Shown piece by piece: positions 40,283 through 52,562 of a stretch of 64,000 bases of DNA (positions are counted from its first letter, which is position 1; the number at the start of each line of letters is the position of its first letter). Under the pieces are notes generated by a model. The model was not told the DNA's origin. It made no database searches and saw only the letters and a program-made list of their open reading frames with translations. A program made the translations under genes and the position numbers. The stretch lies in NCBI GenBank assembly GCA_973895155.1, contig OZ316891.1:12212771-12276770 (forward strand). Reading direction: 5' to 3'. The stretch is from Marsupella aquatica. Lineage: Eukaryota; Plantae; Marchantiophyta.

Positions 40283-40411
40283 ATAGAATCTTTTTTTTTA
40301 CTTTTGCTTTTAGATTACAAGGAGAGATCTCAAAAACCCCAAAAAAGGGAACAATGAGTGACAACATTAGAACTCAGAACTCTAGACACTCAACTCAAGT
40401 GAGCTAGCACA

Positions 40412-40561
40412 TAACCATGCCTCTCTAGGGAGCATCAGATTGTTTTTAAGGGTTCATTTAAATTTCTTAAGGGTTAATTTAGATTTTAACCATGCCTCTC
40501 TAGGGAGCATCAGATTGTTTTAAGGGTTCATTTAAATTTCTTAAGGGTTAATTTAAATTTT
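40412..40561 (+). repeat. 75-bp tandem duplication
   Basis: TAACCATGCCTCTCTAGGGAGCATCAGATTG...TTAAGGGTTAATTT starting at 40412 and 40487. Confidence 0.85.
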
Positions 40562-40716
40562 CTAACTTCAGTGTCAATGAATGCCTTGCAAAGGCTGTTG
40601 TGTATGTTGTGCTTTGGTTTTGGTAGGGATGTGCTATGTTCTTGGAGAAGCTTTACTTGTTCTTGGGTAGTGCTTTAAATTTGGGTAGTGCTTTAAATTG
40701 ATTCTTATGTTGTAAT

Positions 40717-41320
40717 TGTTAGACATTTACTCTCGGGTCTAGAGGTTACTATGTGAGTCCAACCATATTTAAGTACTTGATCAAGGTTAATTAGTATATA
40801 CACAAACACAAGTTACCTTGTGAGTGTAACTTAGTCTCATTGTTAGACACTTATGAGAGAAAAGAGAGAGCTTTTATATTAATAATTTACTCTTAAGTCT
40901 AGAGTTACAAATGCAACCATAGTTAAGCTAACTTCAGTCGTAAACTTTTAGGTTAGTCATGTTGCACACTATATACCAAAGCAATGTTTGCTTGGATAGA
41001 AGAAACTTAGTTTCATTGTTACGGATCCAGGAGACTAAATATGGCCGACGAGCCTAGAGTATAGTAAAGCTCTTATATGTTCCAGAGGACATAGTCTCAT
41101 CTGGGATAAACCTCATATCTCTTTGTGTCAATTACTTGTTTGTTTGATGTTCATGGGCATGTCATTGTGAATGTTTTGGTTCATAACATTGTATTGTAGA
41201 GACTTGGTGTGATTTAAAGGCCTAGAGTGTAGTAAAGTTATCCTGTGTGTTCTCATGGACATAGCTTCTAAAGTGAACCACATCTATCTTGTTTGATTAC
41301 TTGCCTGTTGGATGCTTCAC
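40717..41320 (+). mobile_element. Cluster of degenerate LTR copies of the 6385-6728 family (opposite orientation)
   Basis: TGTTAGAC.. starts at 40717 and 40841; 40886-41188 aligns along the reverse complement of the solo LTR, ending CATAACA; partial further copy at 41221-41320. Confidence 0.7.
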
Positions 41321-41687
41321 CACAATAGAGTGGATTGGTGGATGTGGGGACCAAATGCACAACTTTAAATTGGGGGGCACTCAATAAAGGTGAGGGATTT
41401 ACATGACATTGAAGAGGAGGAAGTGTAATTACTCCCGAGCATACTTCTAGCTATGGGGACTAATCCTCAATTTTTGTCTAGCAACTATTTGAGAAAGTGC
41501 TCAAATTTCAAAGAAAATAGAGTATTTTGTAAAGTGAACAATCTTGGGGGAGTCGAGCATTCATTTTACTCCAATCCAAGTTGAGTTGACCTTAGTTAGA
41601 TTGCATCCTTGGGGGTCTCACTATATGGAGCCCCCATCACTTGTGACATTTTTAAGCCTTGGACCCCCTAATTGTAAGGAATTTTTT

Positions 41688-41760
41688 CTACCCTATAAAG
41701 TTGGAATATAGGGTTTAGGGTGTACCCTAAACTCTACCCTATAAAGTTGGAATATAGGGT
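41688..41760. repeat. Direct repeat of a self-complementary 27-bp unit around a telomere-like palindrome
   Basis: CTACCCTATAAAGTTGGAATATAGGGT twice, separated by TTAGGGTGTACCCTAAA. Confidence 0.7.
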
Positions 41761-44700
41761 AGATTAACAACCAATTTTGAGTCTTGAAAATTAGGGTACA
41801 TTAGGGTACAATTAACAACTTTAGTTCAAGTACTTCTGCACTCTTGACTTACACTAATGCCACTTTTTTTTAGTATTGATAGTAGTCACTATTTTTTAGT
41901 ATTGATAGTAGCACAGCTTAGGTTGTGTCAGTGCCTTATAACATGGGTATATGTGTAAATTGTAAAGTTCACAAAATAACCATATGGAACTCCTAAATGC
42001 ACTGCTGCATGACTAGAGTCAATGAATAGATACATACCTCTATAACTGCCAAAAGAAGACCAAAAACAATTCTAGCCTACCACTGTGCATTTCCTGGTAA
42101 AACCATGTACCAAATAGTAAAATTAAATTATTTTCCAAATTCAGGTACCAGTTTACATGACCTCCTAGTGGGAGTTTAGGGTTATAGGACATTTGATGTG
42201 GATTGGCCCTCCACTAGGCCTGGCATTCTTTATAAACTTTTAGAAATATTCCTCGGGAAGTATCAGTTAACCCATTCCAAGAACTTAGCAAATATCAATC
42301 AAAACAGCACCTCCGTCACCCGGCTTAGCAGCGCCTAAAATAAGATTTAATAAAAACGAAAGAAAAGGTTGATGGTAAGATAATGATATCACATCAGGTT
42401 TCAAATCGTCAGTATATATTTATCTGACCATGCTGCGAGACGGAAGTGAAGTTGCTGACGCGTCCGTCAGGTATCGACCCTTGACGACGGCAAAAGACCA
42501 TAAAGAGTGAGGAGGTACCTATCCAGGCCAATATAATGCGTTTCTCGGGAGTCATTATGCGTAGATGTCCTGAAGGCTTCGTTGTCACAACGAATCCAAG
42601 CGCGAGTCCCACGTTGAGGGACAGCTTCCAGATGATGGACGGGGGATAGGGTCGACTCCGCGGCTTGTGAAGCTCTGAGCTATGGAAGTCCTGATTGACG
42701 ATTGTGTCGCTCCTGATTCAGCCTGTCGCGGAGTCCGTTGAAACTGCCAGTCCGAACGCGAGTGTCACTCTGATGTGCGTTCAGCCCCTTGGGAGAAAAG
42801 GGCGGCTGAGCCACAAGTGAGCCGGTTCCATGCGGTGGGATATGCAGAAAGGATCGCGAAGCTGGGGATGTGAAATGCCCCGGTTAGATTGCTCTGTTGT
42901 GCGACACGGATAACGGCCAGAAGAGCCGGTGCGCATTGAATCTGAGTACCGGGTGGATTATATAGACTTTGATGCTGTGTGCTTGAAGTGTGACGGATTG
43001 GACGGAATCCTCGCCAGAACTAGAAGAGAACCCTCAACGACCTCGCGCGCTGGAACACCTACCCTTTTGTGCTGAGGAACCAGTGCTTTTTCGGTTCTAT
43101 TTGGCTGCTTTTTGGCATTGTGCGCAGCGTTCAGTTTCTTATTCTGCTAACTAAGAAGGATACAAACAAACGACAAAGAACAGATCCTGGTTCGTATCAC
43201 AAGGTCACACGGAAGGAGTTTTTTCATATCTCTTTTGCTAAATTCCCCGGTCCGCCTCTCGTCTCAGTCATCCTAACGAGAAAACTCATACTAGCTGTGC
43301 ATTGACTCGGACAACCCTAAACCTAAAACTCTTCAGGCCCCCTTAAACTCGTGCACTCTCTTCCCATCTTAGGGGAACTTTTGGAAACCTTACTGCCTTT
43401 CGAATAGCTTCCCAGTGCATTGTCTAGAACTGGTACTATTCTTCATTGGAACAAGAATTCAGAATTCATTGGAACGAGTTTTCCTGGATGCCATATTGGT
43501 AAGCTCAATTTATCCGCTGCTAAATTATGTAGGAACTATCGATGTATCGAATGCTGGCTTGTACTAGATTTTGTGGTATGAGATAAGCTCGAACTAGAGC
43601 TGAAAGCTTCCCTGACCTAGACGGGTCTCTCCAGTCAGTCTCTCCCGAGAGGCTCCTATTCTGGGCTACTGCAAGGGTCGGCTATCCTCACTTGTGGTCG
43701 ATAAAATATGCTGACGCAAGTTGGGAAGAATGATGTAGAGCTGCTCGGAATCCTTTCAATGTCAATTCCCTTCCATCTCAATGAGTACCATTCACATCCT
43801 CACTACTGGTGATGCACAAGTATATCCTCTCTATGCCTGTACAGTGCTATAGCCAGATGGAAAAGCCAGAGCTGGGAATCTTGTAAATCTTGACATCAGC
43901 ACTCTTCTCTCTCTTAAGATCATTCCTTCTGACCAGTGATGGAACGGGTTGGCAGGGTCTAGAATGTTTCGCCTTCACAGGTGGATTCCCTGATAATTGC
44001 TTTGGACTGCAGTGATTTCGGTCTCCTCTTAGTTCCGGATAAAACTGCCTCATTCATCACATGAGACTGTACTGTACCCCATTTCACAACCGGTAGTTTG
44101 GGGAGCTTAGGGTCATAAATATTAATCACTTATGTGAAAACTTCAGTGTTGTAACATGGATTCCAGGATCGAATCATCAACCCTTTTCGGAAAATGAAGG
44201 CTTCGCAAGATCAATCTGAGTATAATGTGCAGAAACTTGGCTTTAATCGTAAACTAGAACCCTGCTATCGAGCGGGCTCTCGAGAGTTTCCAACCTGTGT
44301 CATTTCCAAAGAAAAGAATGTACTCTGGAATGAGATCATCGGCCTTGTGGGAAGGACCTACCTTTGGCTCAATGAGGTAAATTGTAATCGAAGGCTGAAT
44401 TTCTTTTGTTTTGCCTCGAAGTGTTTACTTTGTTAAGGGTATAAAGAAGGCTGGATTTCTAATGTGACAGAACATCGTCATATTAATTGAAGATGTGGTG
44501 AAGATGGCTTCAGAACCGTGAAGTCCTTGTCACGAGAAAATGGAGATACATTGAGATCGATCAAAAGTTACGGATATTTGTGTCAAATGATATCAAGACC
44601 TGATAATCAACTACACGCACGCGTCAGATGGTAGTAAAACCTCTCACTAGTTGAATGAGTGTCGGTGGACAGGTTGGAAGGTCTAGAGCTGAGAAATTAC

Positions 44701-47085
44701 GAATCCTGCAGATATCTCGTTGCGACTCCAGAGGACTATGAGATTTACTCATGAGTGTTGTGACCGGCTGGCAAAATCTTCTTTCCTCGAGGACGGAGGG
44801 CTATTACCGGTTTACAGGTCCAGAAGTGAGCGTTCTGTTGACATTCATCATTCGTTGAAAAGTCTTGAATATTTTAAGTTTTGGCATGAATTCCACGATG
44901 CAACCATCAACCTACTTCGAAGATGGGGCTCTGCACATCATCTGTATGCAATGTCCAGTAACTTGTAGGCTATAATCAGCCGTACAAATTTATCTCGAAG
45001 TTTCCAATCAGTTTCGTCTCCAGAGTAGATCGAAAGAAAACTCGATTTATTTGGATCGAGGCTGCTAGTCGGAGGATCCTTCTCCACATGAATGAGATCA
45101 ATTCTCATGGTGGGTCCAAATTTGCCGATGCAGCGTTAGTGGCATGGAGAGTATAATTCCTTCATTTTCATCTATAACTTGAAAGTCTACACGATCTTTC
45201 CAACGATTGGATTGACTGGATGTCCTGTTGGAATGAATGGATATCCTCGTGGCTTCCAGACTTCACGAAGGTAGGGATATTGTTGGAGTCAGACGTCTTA
45301 ATTTGACCTCGGGATGGAACAGAGTGTGCGAATATCTCAATAGAAGCAGCTAATATCATGCACATCCAGTCACGCAGCAATGGAGCTGTGAGAATATATA
45401 CAACGATGGTATCTGAAGAAGCCGCTGCAAAAGATATGCGTTACTGCGTGGGATTACTGCGAAAGCACCTGCATGAGGGTTTGAGATGGACAACAAAATC
45501 CTCTCGGGTTGACCGGGACAGTGAGAAAGTATCTGCATGTTAACCAAGCACGGATATGAACGCAGGGCAGAACCTGAAAGGAAAATAAAACGTGAGGCAA
45601 ATACGGCCAAGTCCGAGAGAACGTAGAGAGCAGCGCTTACCTTCGCCTGTTAGACGAAGGTGCTTCGAAAGGCGACGCATGGGAGACTTTGGTTCCTCAA
45701 CAAGATTGGAGCGAACTCCCAGGGAACCTAAACAGCCGCTGACCATCTGCATGTTATAAGAAGCTGCTTCGAAATATGATGCATGAGAGAGAGTGATCTC
45801 TCAGCAGAATATGAGTGGCAGAGACAAGACAGTCTTCAGTTTTCTCCTTATTCCATCATTCGATTGTTGCAGAGACAGTGATGGAGAGCTGCACGCAAGC
45901 TTACAATGTGCGGTACGTGATCGCCATGCATCACTCCTTGTCCTAAGGGTTGCCTGCTGCGTACGATTTGACCATGGGACGGTAAACTGTCCAACATGGA
46001 TGCGGATGGCTGTCCCCTAGGGTAACTCGACAAACAGGTCCGAGCGACAATCTAATTATTGGCTTCCTCTGCTCTCTTTGTGTGTAGACAGCCCGGGGCG
46101 GCGAAGAAACTTTTCCGACATGGCACATACGTTTCTCCTTATGGCAACTTCACTTTGTCTGATTGGAAATTATTGAAGGACCATTGGTCAGATAGATCAT
46201 TCGGACAACATCTCAATAACACTTGCCGCTCTGCAAATCTGACGAACACGCAGCCAAAAGAAATATGACAATAGAGCCGTGAAGCGAACGATAGTGAAAC
46301 GTTTTTCTGGTCGATAATGTATCAGAACTACTCTTACAAAATTCATCGCGTGATCATGAGAAGTGCTGCCACCACCTACTCAGACCCGGACGTGACGCAC
46401 CCTCCAGAACATCATGTGTCAAGGAGTTCAGGCGCTGCCGCTTGTATGCTTCCTACTAACTAATCAATGGAAGAGCCTAGCCTAGAGTAAAGAACACCTT
46501 GATATTGCTATTGCTACTGCTACTGCTACACTACTGGCCACGAGCTTCTCTGTTTTTCCTTATACTCGGTGCGGTCGGGTCTCTGTCTGAGCTTCACACC
46601 ACAAGGGTTCCTATTCAGAATTGAGAAACGATGGGTCGTTGCTACGTAGAGAATAGCCAGAAGCCGGAACCAAGCAGGTCCTTGAGGAGCCCCTTCCGTT
46701 ACGTACGAGCCGAATCAAGTGGCTCCAAAAGCAGAATGAATGGGGAGTTTTCCAAATATACAGCTCTCTTTCATGGACGAGAGATTGTTTTCATCATTAT
46801 CTGATCACTCGCTACTGGTTGCAGTCAGTAGAGATGAACAACTAGCAAGAACCGGCAATGCCGCCCTTGCGAACCGCAAACTAGTACGATAACCTTTCGT
46901 GAGACCCGCAAAACTCTGAGTCGACCCATCCAGGGTCAAAAACTCGTAAGAAATAAGTTAAAAGAGACGATGAAACCAGATCAAGAGTAATGCACTGGTC
47001 TAGATCAGGCCGTCTGTCCGGCAAACGGTCGAATAGTTCTTTCCCCGACGTCATGCTATGAGAGGAAGAAGAAGGGTGACATCTC

Positions 47086-47574
47086 TCAAAACGGGCTATC
47101 CTCGAAGCCATCAATGAGGTCCTCCAGATGAGAATTTCTGGCGGCCGGGTCATTGGTGATAATCATCCAGAGAAGGTGTTCAAAGAAAGCGGAGTTGCAA
47201 GCGACATTGAGGCCCCCCTCGTACTCGAACTCGAACTCCTCCTCTGATCTCTTGAGCAATTGCTTGAAAAGTGCGTGAGTAAGGAAATCGGTGCTAATCA
47301 CGTATCTCTTCCTCTCCATCCCGACGTACACGGCCAAGCAACCCTGCGGGATGTCACTCGGTAGCTTCCCAAAGGTCGAGTGTCTCCGGACGCTACTCGA
47401 CCGCCTACCAGTGAGGAAAAACTGCCGCTCATCCTCCGGCAGCTGTGAGAACGTGGTCTTCATTCGCTTCAATCCACCTCCTTCCATCACCGTCCACGAA
47501 TTCTTCGGGCTCGTGAACCCCTGTATTCTCTTCACCAGCTTCGATGTCCCCTTCGGCATCCTTCCCAACGCCAT
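47086..47574 (-). CDS. SAUR: SAUR-family (small auxin-up RNA) protein, intronless, about 162 aa
   Basis: PSDIPQGCLAVYVG.ERKRYVIST.FL.H.LFKQLLKRSEEEFEF...GGLNVAC is the auxin-inducible SAUR domain; first ATG at 47574. Confidence 0.92.
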   Translation of the reverse strand: MALGRMPKGTSKLVKRIQGFTSPKNSWTVMEGGGLKRMKTTFSQLPEDERQFFLTGRRSSSVRRHSTFGKLPSDIPQGCLAVYVGMERKRYVISTDFLTHALFKQLLKRSEEEFEFEYEGGLNVACNSAFFEHLLWMIITNDPAARNSHLEDLIDGFEDSPF

Positions 47575-48819
47575 TCTACTTCTCACTCACCGCCTCACTC
47601 AAATCAATCAATCAACCAACAGCGCGTCCGACAAACTGAACAAGGCCGCCCGGCTTTCTTAACGAGAGAAGCGCGCGCTACAACTTCCAGGGCTACAGCC
47701 CTCTAGGTCTCATCAAATAACGATTCTCCCAACCCCCCACAAGCTCATCGACGAATCAATTCCCAATCGAATCTAAATACACTACCACCCCAATTGCCGG
47801 ATCGTTATCCGATCGCAACAAACCTGTTCTCCGAATCTCCGAAAGTGCAAAAAACGTCCGCCACTTCGCTCTACGACCCTACTCGTTCACGCCCAGCCTC
47901 TCTCAGCCAGTCTAGACGAAGAAGATTCCCCCAGGCAACTCGTAGCCGCAGAGGGTGTCGTAGTGGGTCTCCTCTCGCACACAGACGCAATTGAATCGTG
48001 AGACCGCTCAGCGTGTGCTCAAACTCAAAAAATCCGATCGACGAGATGAAAGAGAGAAGGGAGAGAAAGTGAATAATATGGTTTAGCACGCTAGCAGAGT
48101 GATCGAGGCGCGCATGCACGGAAGTGACACAACTCGGGGAAGGTTGCAACCGATGAATGCCCACATCGAAACAATTCGAGCCGCGCGCTTCTTATAGAAG
48201 TTTTTCATTTTCATGCGGTCTGGGATTCGAGGCTCGGGATGAGCTCTCTCACTTTGACCTCTTCAAAGCGCTTTGGGGGCACAGGGATCGTCCCTAGGGT
48301 GGGGGCGGCCGGAGGGGTGAAAAACTGTGGTGACTGGTGACCGCGCCCTCCCCCGTGCCCCCCACGAGGCTGTACGCAGCGGGCCTCCCGTCAAAGGTCC
48401 CGACCGGGAGCACCCTCCACCGGCTCCACCCTAACCGCGTTCGTTTGCCGTCCAGTCGAGTCGTCGAGAGGTTTAGCTAGCGAACCACGGCAGAGAACCA
48501 CAATAAAGTAACTCTGCTACCAGAGACGGAAATCAGCTGCGACTTTTCACTCATTCTATACATCGTAGCGGATTTAGTATGGTGCTCATTTGTGGCCAGA
48601 AAAAAGCTTGTGTCTATTTGCTCAAATAGCAGGGCATCTCAAAGCAAGGTTTAGGAGTTGGTCGTAAGGAGTGAGTTATGAGAACTACCATAAAAGGTCA
48701 AAATCAGCTTCCATTAGAAAGTGCATCACCACAACATAGCATCATCCATGGACAGAAACTACATACCAGTCACTTAGAATGTTATCGTGATCACTTGGTA
48801 ATATCCTTGGGCTTGTCCA

Positions 48820-48950
48820 ACAGAGACAGGCACAATACAATCACACTATCACAACCATCCAACAAGCACACCAATAAAGTAGATATATGGTTCACCTCCA
48901 CTGTGGCTACATCCACGGGAACACACAAAAGCTTTACTAAACTTTGGTTA
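48820..48950 (-). mobile_element. Partial LTR copy of the 6385-6728 family
   Basis: AACCATCCAAC..GATATATGGTTCACCTCCAC.GTGGCTACATCCACGGGAACACACA..AGCTTTA matches 6423-6510. Confidence 0.7.
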
Positions 48951-50101
48951 TCATGGTCATACAAAGTCTCCTTGTACAAGCCTATCTCTCGCACAAGTGA
49001 CATGAAAATTTGAGAAAAAAAATGGAACAAACTCACACTCAAAAAAAAAAAGCATCACACACACATTCTCCACTAGACAAGCCTTTTGGAACACTAAATG
49101 GCTCAGCAAACCAACCTCCAAGTCAAAATTTATCCCCTTGAGAAGGTCCCAAAACAATGGGGGGGAGGGGGGGCCTTGGAAAGAACAAGACCCACCAAGG
49201 AGAGGCAAGGGAGACAACCCGAGAAAAGAGGTGGGGAAAGAACCACCAAAAGGGGACGAGGCGGGAAAAGGGTGACACTTAACTTTGGAGGACACAATCC
49301 CTCTTGAATGCATTTGGGACCTGATAAAATCTGATGTGCAGTGGTGGATTAAGATTTGTTTTCTAGTGGTTTGAACATTGAAGTAGTGGGTGGGACCTCA
49401 TAAACATCAGTTTCCCCTCTATTATTTATATAAAACTTGCCCCGACTTTGACTAGCCGTTCTTTGAACATTAATAGAGGAGAGGACAATCAAAGTGTCAA
49501 CAAATATATTTATTGTTCCCATTCTTTGGAGGTTAATGAAATTATTAAAAAACTATCCTGCTTGGCCCCATCATTTTAACAATCAACTCTAGCTTCACTT
49601 CAGGCTTTATATATAAGATTATAATTATAAAATAAATTTGATATCAGCTTGAGTTTCTATGTGCATAGTACACTCTCATGACCAATGATAATCTTGACAT
49701 TGCCAAAGAACAAAAAGTGCCTACTTGAACATAGGATCCCAAGGACTTGAAGCCCATTACATGGAGAAACAAAACAAATTCCCAGGTAGACCAAAGTGCC
49801 AAGTTGTTCATGTTGTCCACAGGAGTAGACAGCTGAGTATTGTTCATGAGCGGAAACCTAGCCCCTGCCATTGAGGGCTGAGGGTGTGAATTTTGAGGGC
49901 ATAAATAATTGACATAACTCACAGGGAAAGTTTTTGAGGGAGAGCTTTGTGCATGGTGGGAGGGACATAGGAGGAAAACTTCCATTAGTGGCTTGGACTG
50001 TACCCTCTGTTGAAGTGTATTGGTGCAAAGTTGGGTGGTCACAGGTTCAAGGCACATGATTTCACATGGGAACCCAAGTTCTTCCCAAGGGGATCAGACT
50101 A

Positions 50102-50461
50102 CCAAATCTGAACACAAGGCCATGGCCTTGTATTTGAAGAGTGGGTCATGGGACACTCTATTCAAATAGTGTGCCTGGGCATTGTATTCAAGGTTTGACT
50201 ATGTGTCTTCATTTTCTATATTGTAGGGTTGTGTTTGAATATTGACATTGTCATGTAATTCTTAAATTTCTTACCATTTGTGCTCAATGTAGAAAAGTTT
50301 AGGGTCAACTCTTGAGCACAGCATCCAACTCGAACACAACGCCAACATTCAAACACAACGCCCCCAGTGACATGTTTCAAGAAAAAGTGCTTTTTCTTAT
50401 GAAGCCCCCAAAAAATTCCATTTTCTAACACAACCCAGGCGCTTTGTTTGGGGAAAGACGG
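50102..50461. mobile_element. Degenerate MITE of a TA-flanked (Tc1/mariner/pogo-like) family
   Basis: Right end ...GGGGAAAGACGG|TA is the reverse complement of the terminus at 61863; decayed left end TA|CCAAATCTGAACACAAGGC; internal AACACAACGCC subrepeats. Confidence 0.6.
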
Positions 50462-52562
50462 TAGGCTGGGGTTATGTAGGAACCATGTCCAGGCCCCACC
50501 ATCCAAAAGTCATGAGATTCAAAATGTATGGCTAAGATCTTATCTCAGACACTAAACTAATTTGGCTCCATGTCTTATAGCTGTCAAAGTCAAAGTGAGT
50601 CTTTGGGGTCTTGGTTTTGTCACTTATGTAGAGATCTGTCACCTTTAGTAAATAATGATTGGGTAAAATTGTTGGTATGTTCATTGCTACAGTAGATAAA
50701 ACTCTACATTAAACTTATAATTCTCTAGATGGAATATCAGTAATGATGAGGGACTCCAGTTTCAATTGAATACCCTACCATCCCAGTTACAGGAAACAAT
50801 GCAGCACATTACTTACATCAAAATTCTCACAAAATTAATAAATTTTGCATCAGAATGCTTAGAATATTATTGAGACTTCCATCACAAAATTCATTCGCCC
50901 TTTCGAGAATACTCTACTGTACATATTTTATCAACTAGGTCCAGATTTTTAATAATTTTATTTATTACACAGTACAATATTCAAGCTAGCGTAGACCCTG
51001 ACGCAAATAAAGCCCACAGTCACGTGAATAGTAGTCTCGAACATCCGAGCTGGATCACAGAAAAAATGAGGCTGGGAATCGTCGAGTCAGAGAATCATTC
51101 ATGCGCCACATCTCCTCAAATGGGCCCAGCGCAATCTAGAGGGAGTGGGGGGATATTTCACTTTGGCAATGGTCGCCCAAAGTGTGCAGGTGCATGTGCA
51201 TGGTATAGGTGATCCTTCACTCGTTAGAAGCGCTACAGAATGATCCTTGTTGTTTTTATTCTTGGAGGATGATCGTCGCATTTCCTAATTGATGATAAAC
51301 ATGAATATAGTAACGTTCCGTTTAGACAATAATGAAATCCAGGGCTTTAGCTCGAGTTTTGAGTGGTCATTATTGCCCATAATGCTCATTCTGAATTCTT
51401 CTCCAGTAATGTAATGAAAATTACAAAAGAGAATAATTACTAAGGGCATTAAATGTGCACTATCCTTAGTGTCTTTCTTTGAAAATAATAGGAACCTTGC
51501 AAAAACAAATACTATTCATCAATGACTTGCCCCCAACTTAACCCATATTTTCTCTGCCACCGGCCCCACCTTCAGTTATGCCCCCAGAGTCACCATCTCC
51601 AGGCTTCACTCTGGATTGTAAGCCCTAAGAGTAGCATTACATTATGATTATATAGTTAAAGATTCCATTCTCTCTCCAAAGTGCAACCATCTACACTACG
51701 ACCTCCCTCTACCATGCAACCATCTACACGTTAAGCAAGAGTAGGCAAAAAGGCCAAGCAATCTCTTTCATTTGACTAATTGAAAAATGTGTTGCTTGTG
51801 AGGGGATGGAAGTTGAAATCAATGGCATAACACCGGTCAGGCAGAGAGAAAATCCAAGAAGGAACGTGCAAGGAAACTATGCGAATTTTCTTGCACGCAT
51901 AAGTAGTGACGCTTTAGTCATGGCGGAATATATTCTACTAGTAGACTGCTTTTCAAACGTCAAAGTTCCCATGATTTTCTCATAGTTGCAATTTAATATG
52001 TATTGTTTGGTCTCCGAGACATGGTGAGGAAATGGTAGATCAAGGTTGTTGATGCTCGAGTGTCCAACGAAAATTATGGTGAGGAAATCAAAGGATTGGG
52101 AAGAATATGTCATACATGACCTGCACCAACTAGGCCAACAATAAAATTAATCTTATCGGAAAACCTCGCATGTCAGCAAGTCACTCTTAGCTCTAGGATG
52201 GAGTTTTACTTCAAGGACTCACCAAGGATTGGGGAGAATATGTATAACTGCAATTTGCCAACCATGTATTTTGATCTTGCACCTTGAGTGCTAGGGAGCT
52301 CAGGGACATGGTCTATTTTAAGATCAATGTAACAAGTTTTATGGCCCTGGGGAAAAAGTAGTCTCAATCTCAATGGACAATAATAATCTCTAAAGCCACA
52401 CAGTCAGGACGGCAATTTCAATAAAAATGTAGAACAAGAAAGCCTTAAATTGTCCCCCAAAGAACCAGAGCATCTCTGCAACTCTTATATCCTAATAATT
52501 GTTTCATGTAAGAACAATCATAAGAATCTACCTTCAATTGGCCCACCTAAATCAAGTTGAAA

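Noticed and set aside
47291-47662. 123-aa plus-strand ORF
   Set aside because: Antisense to the SAUR CDS.
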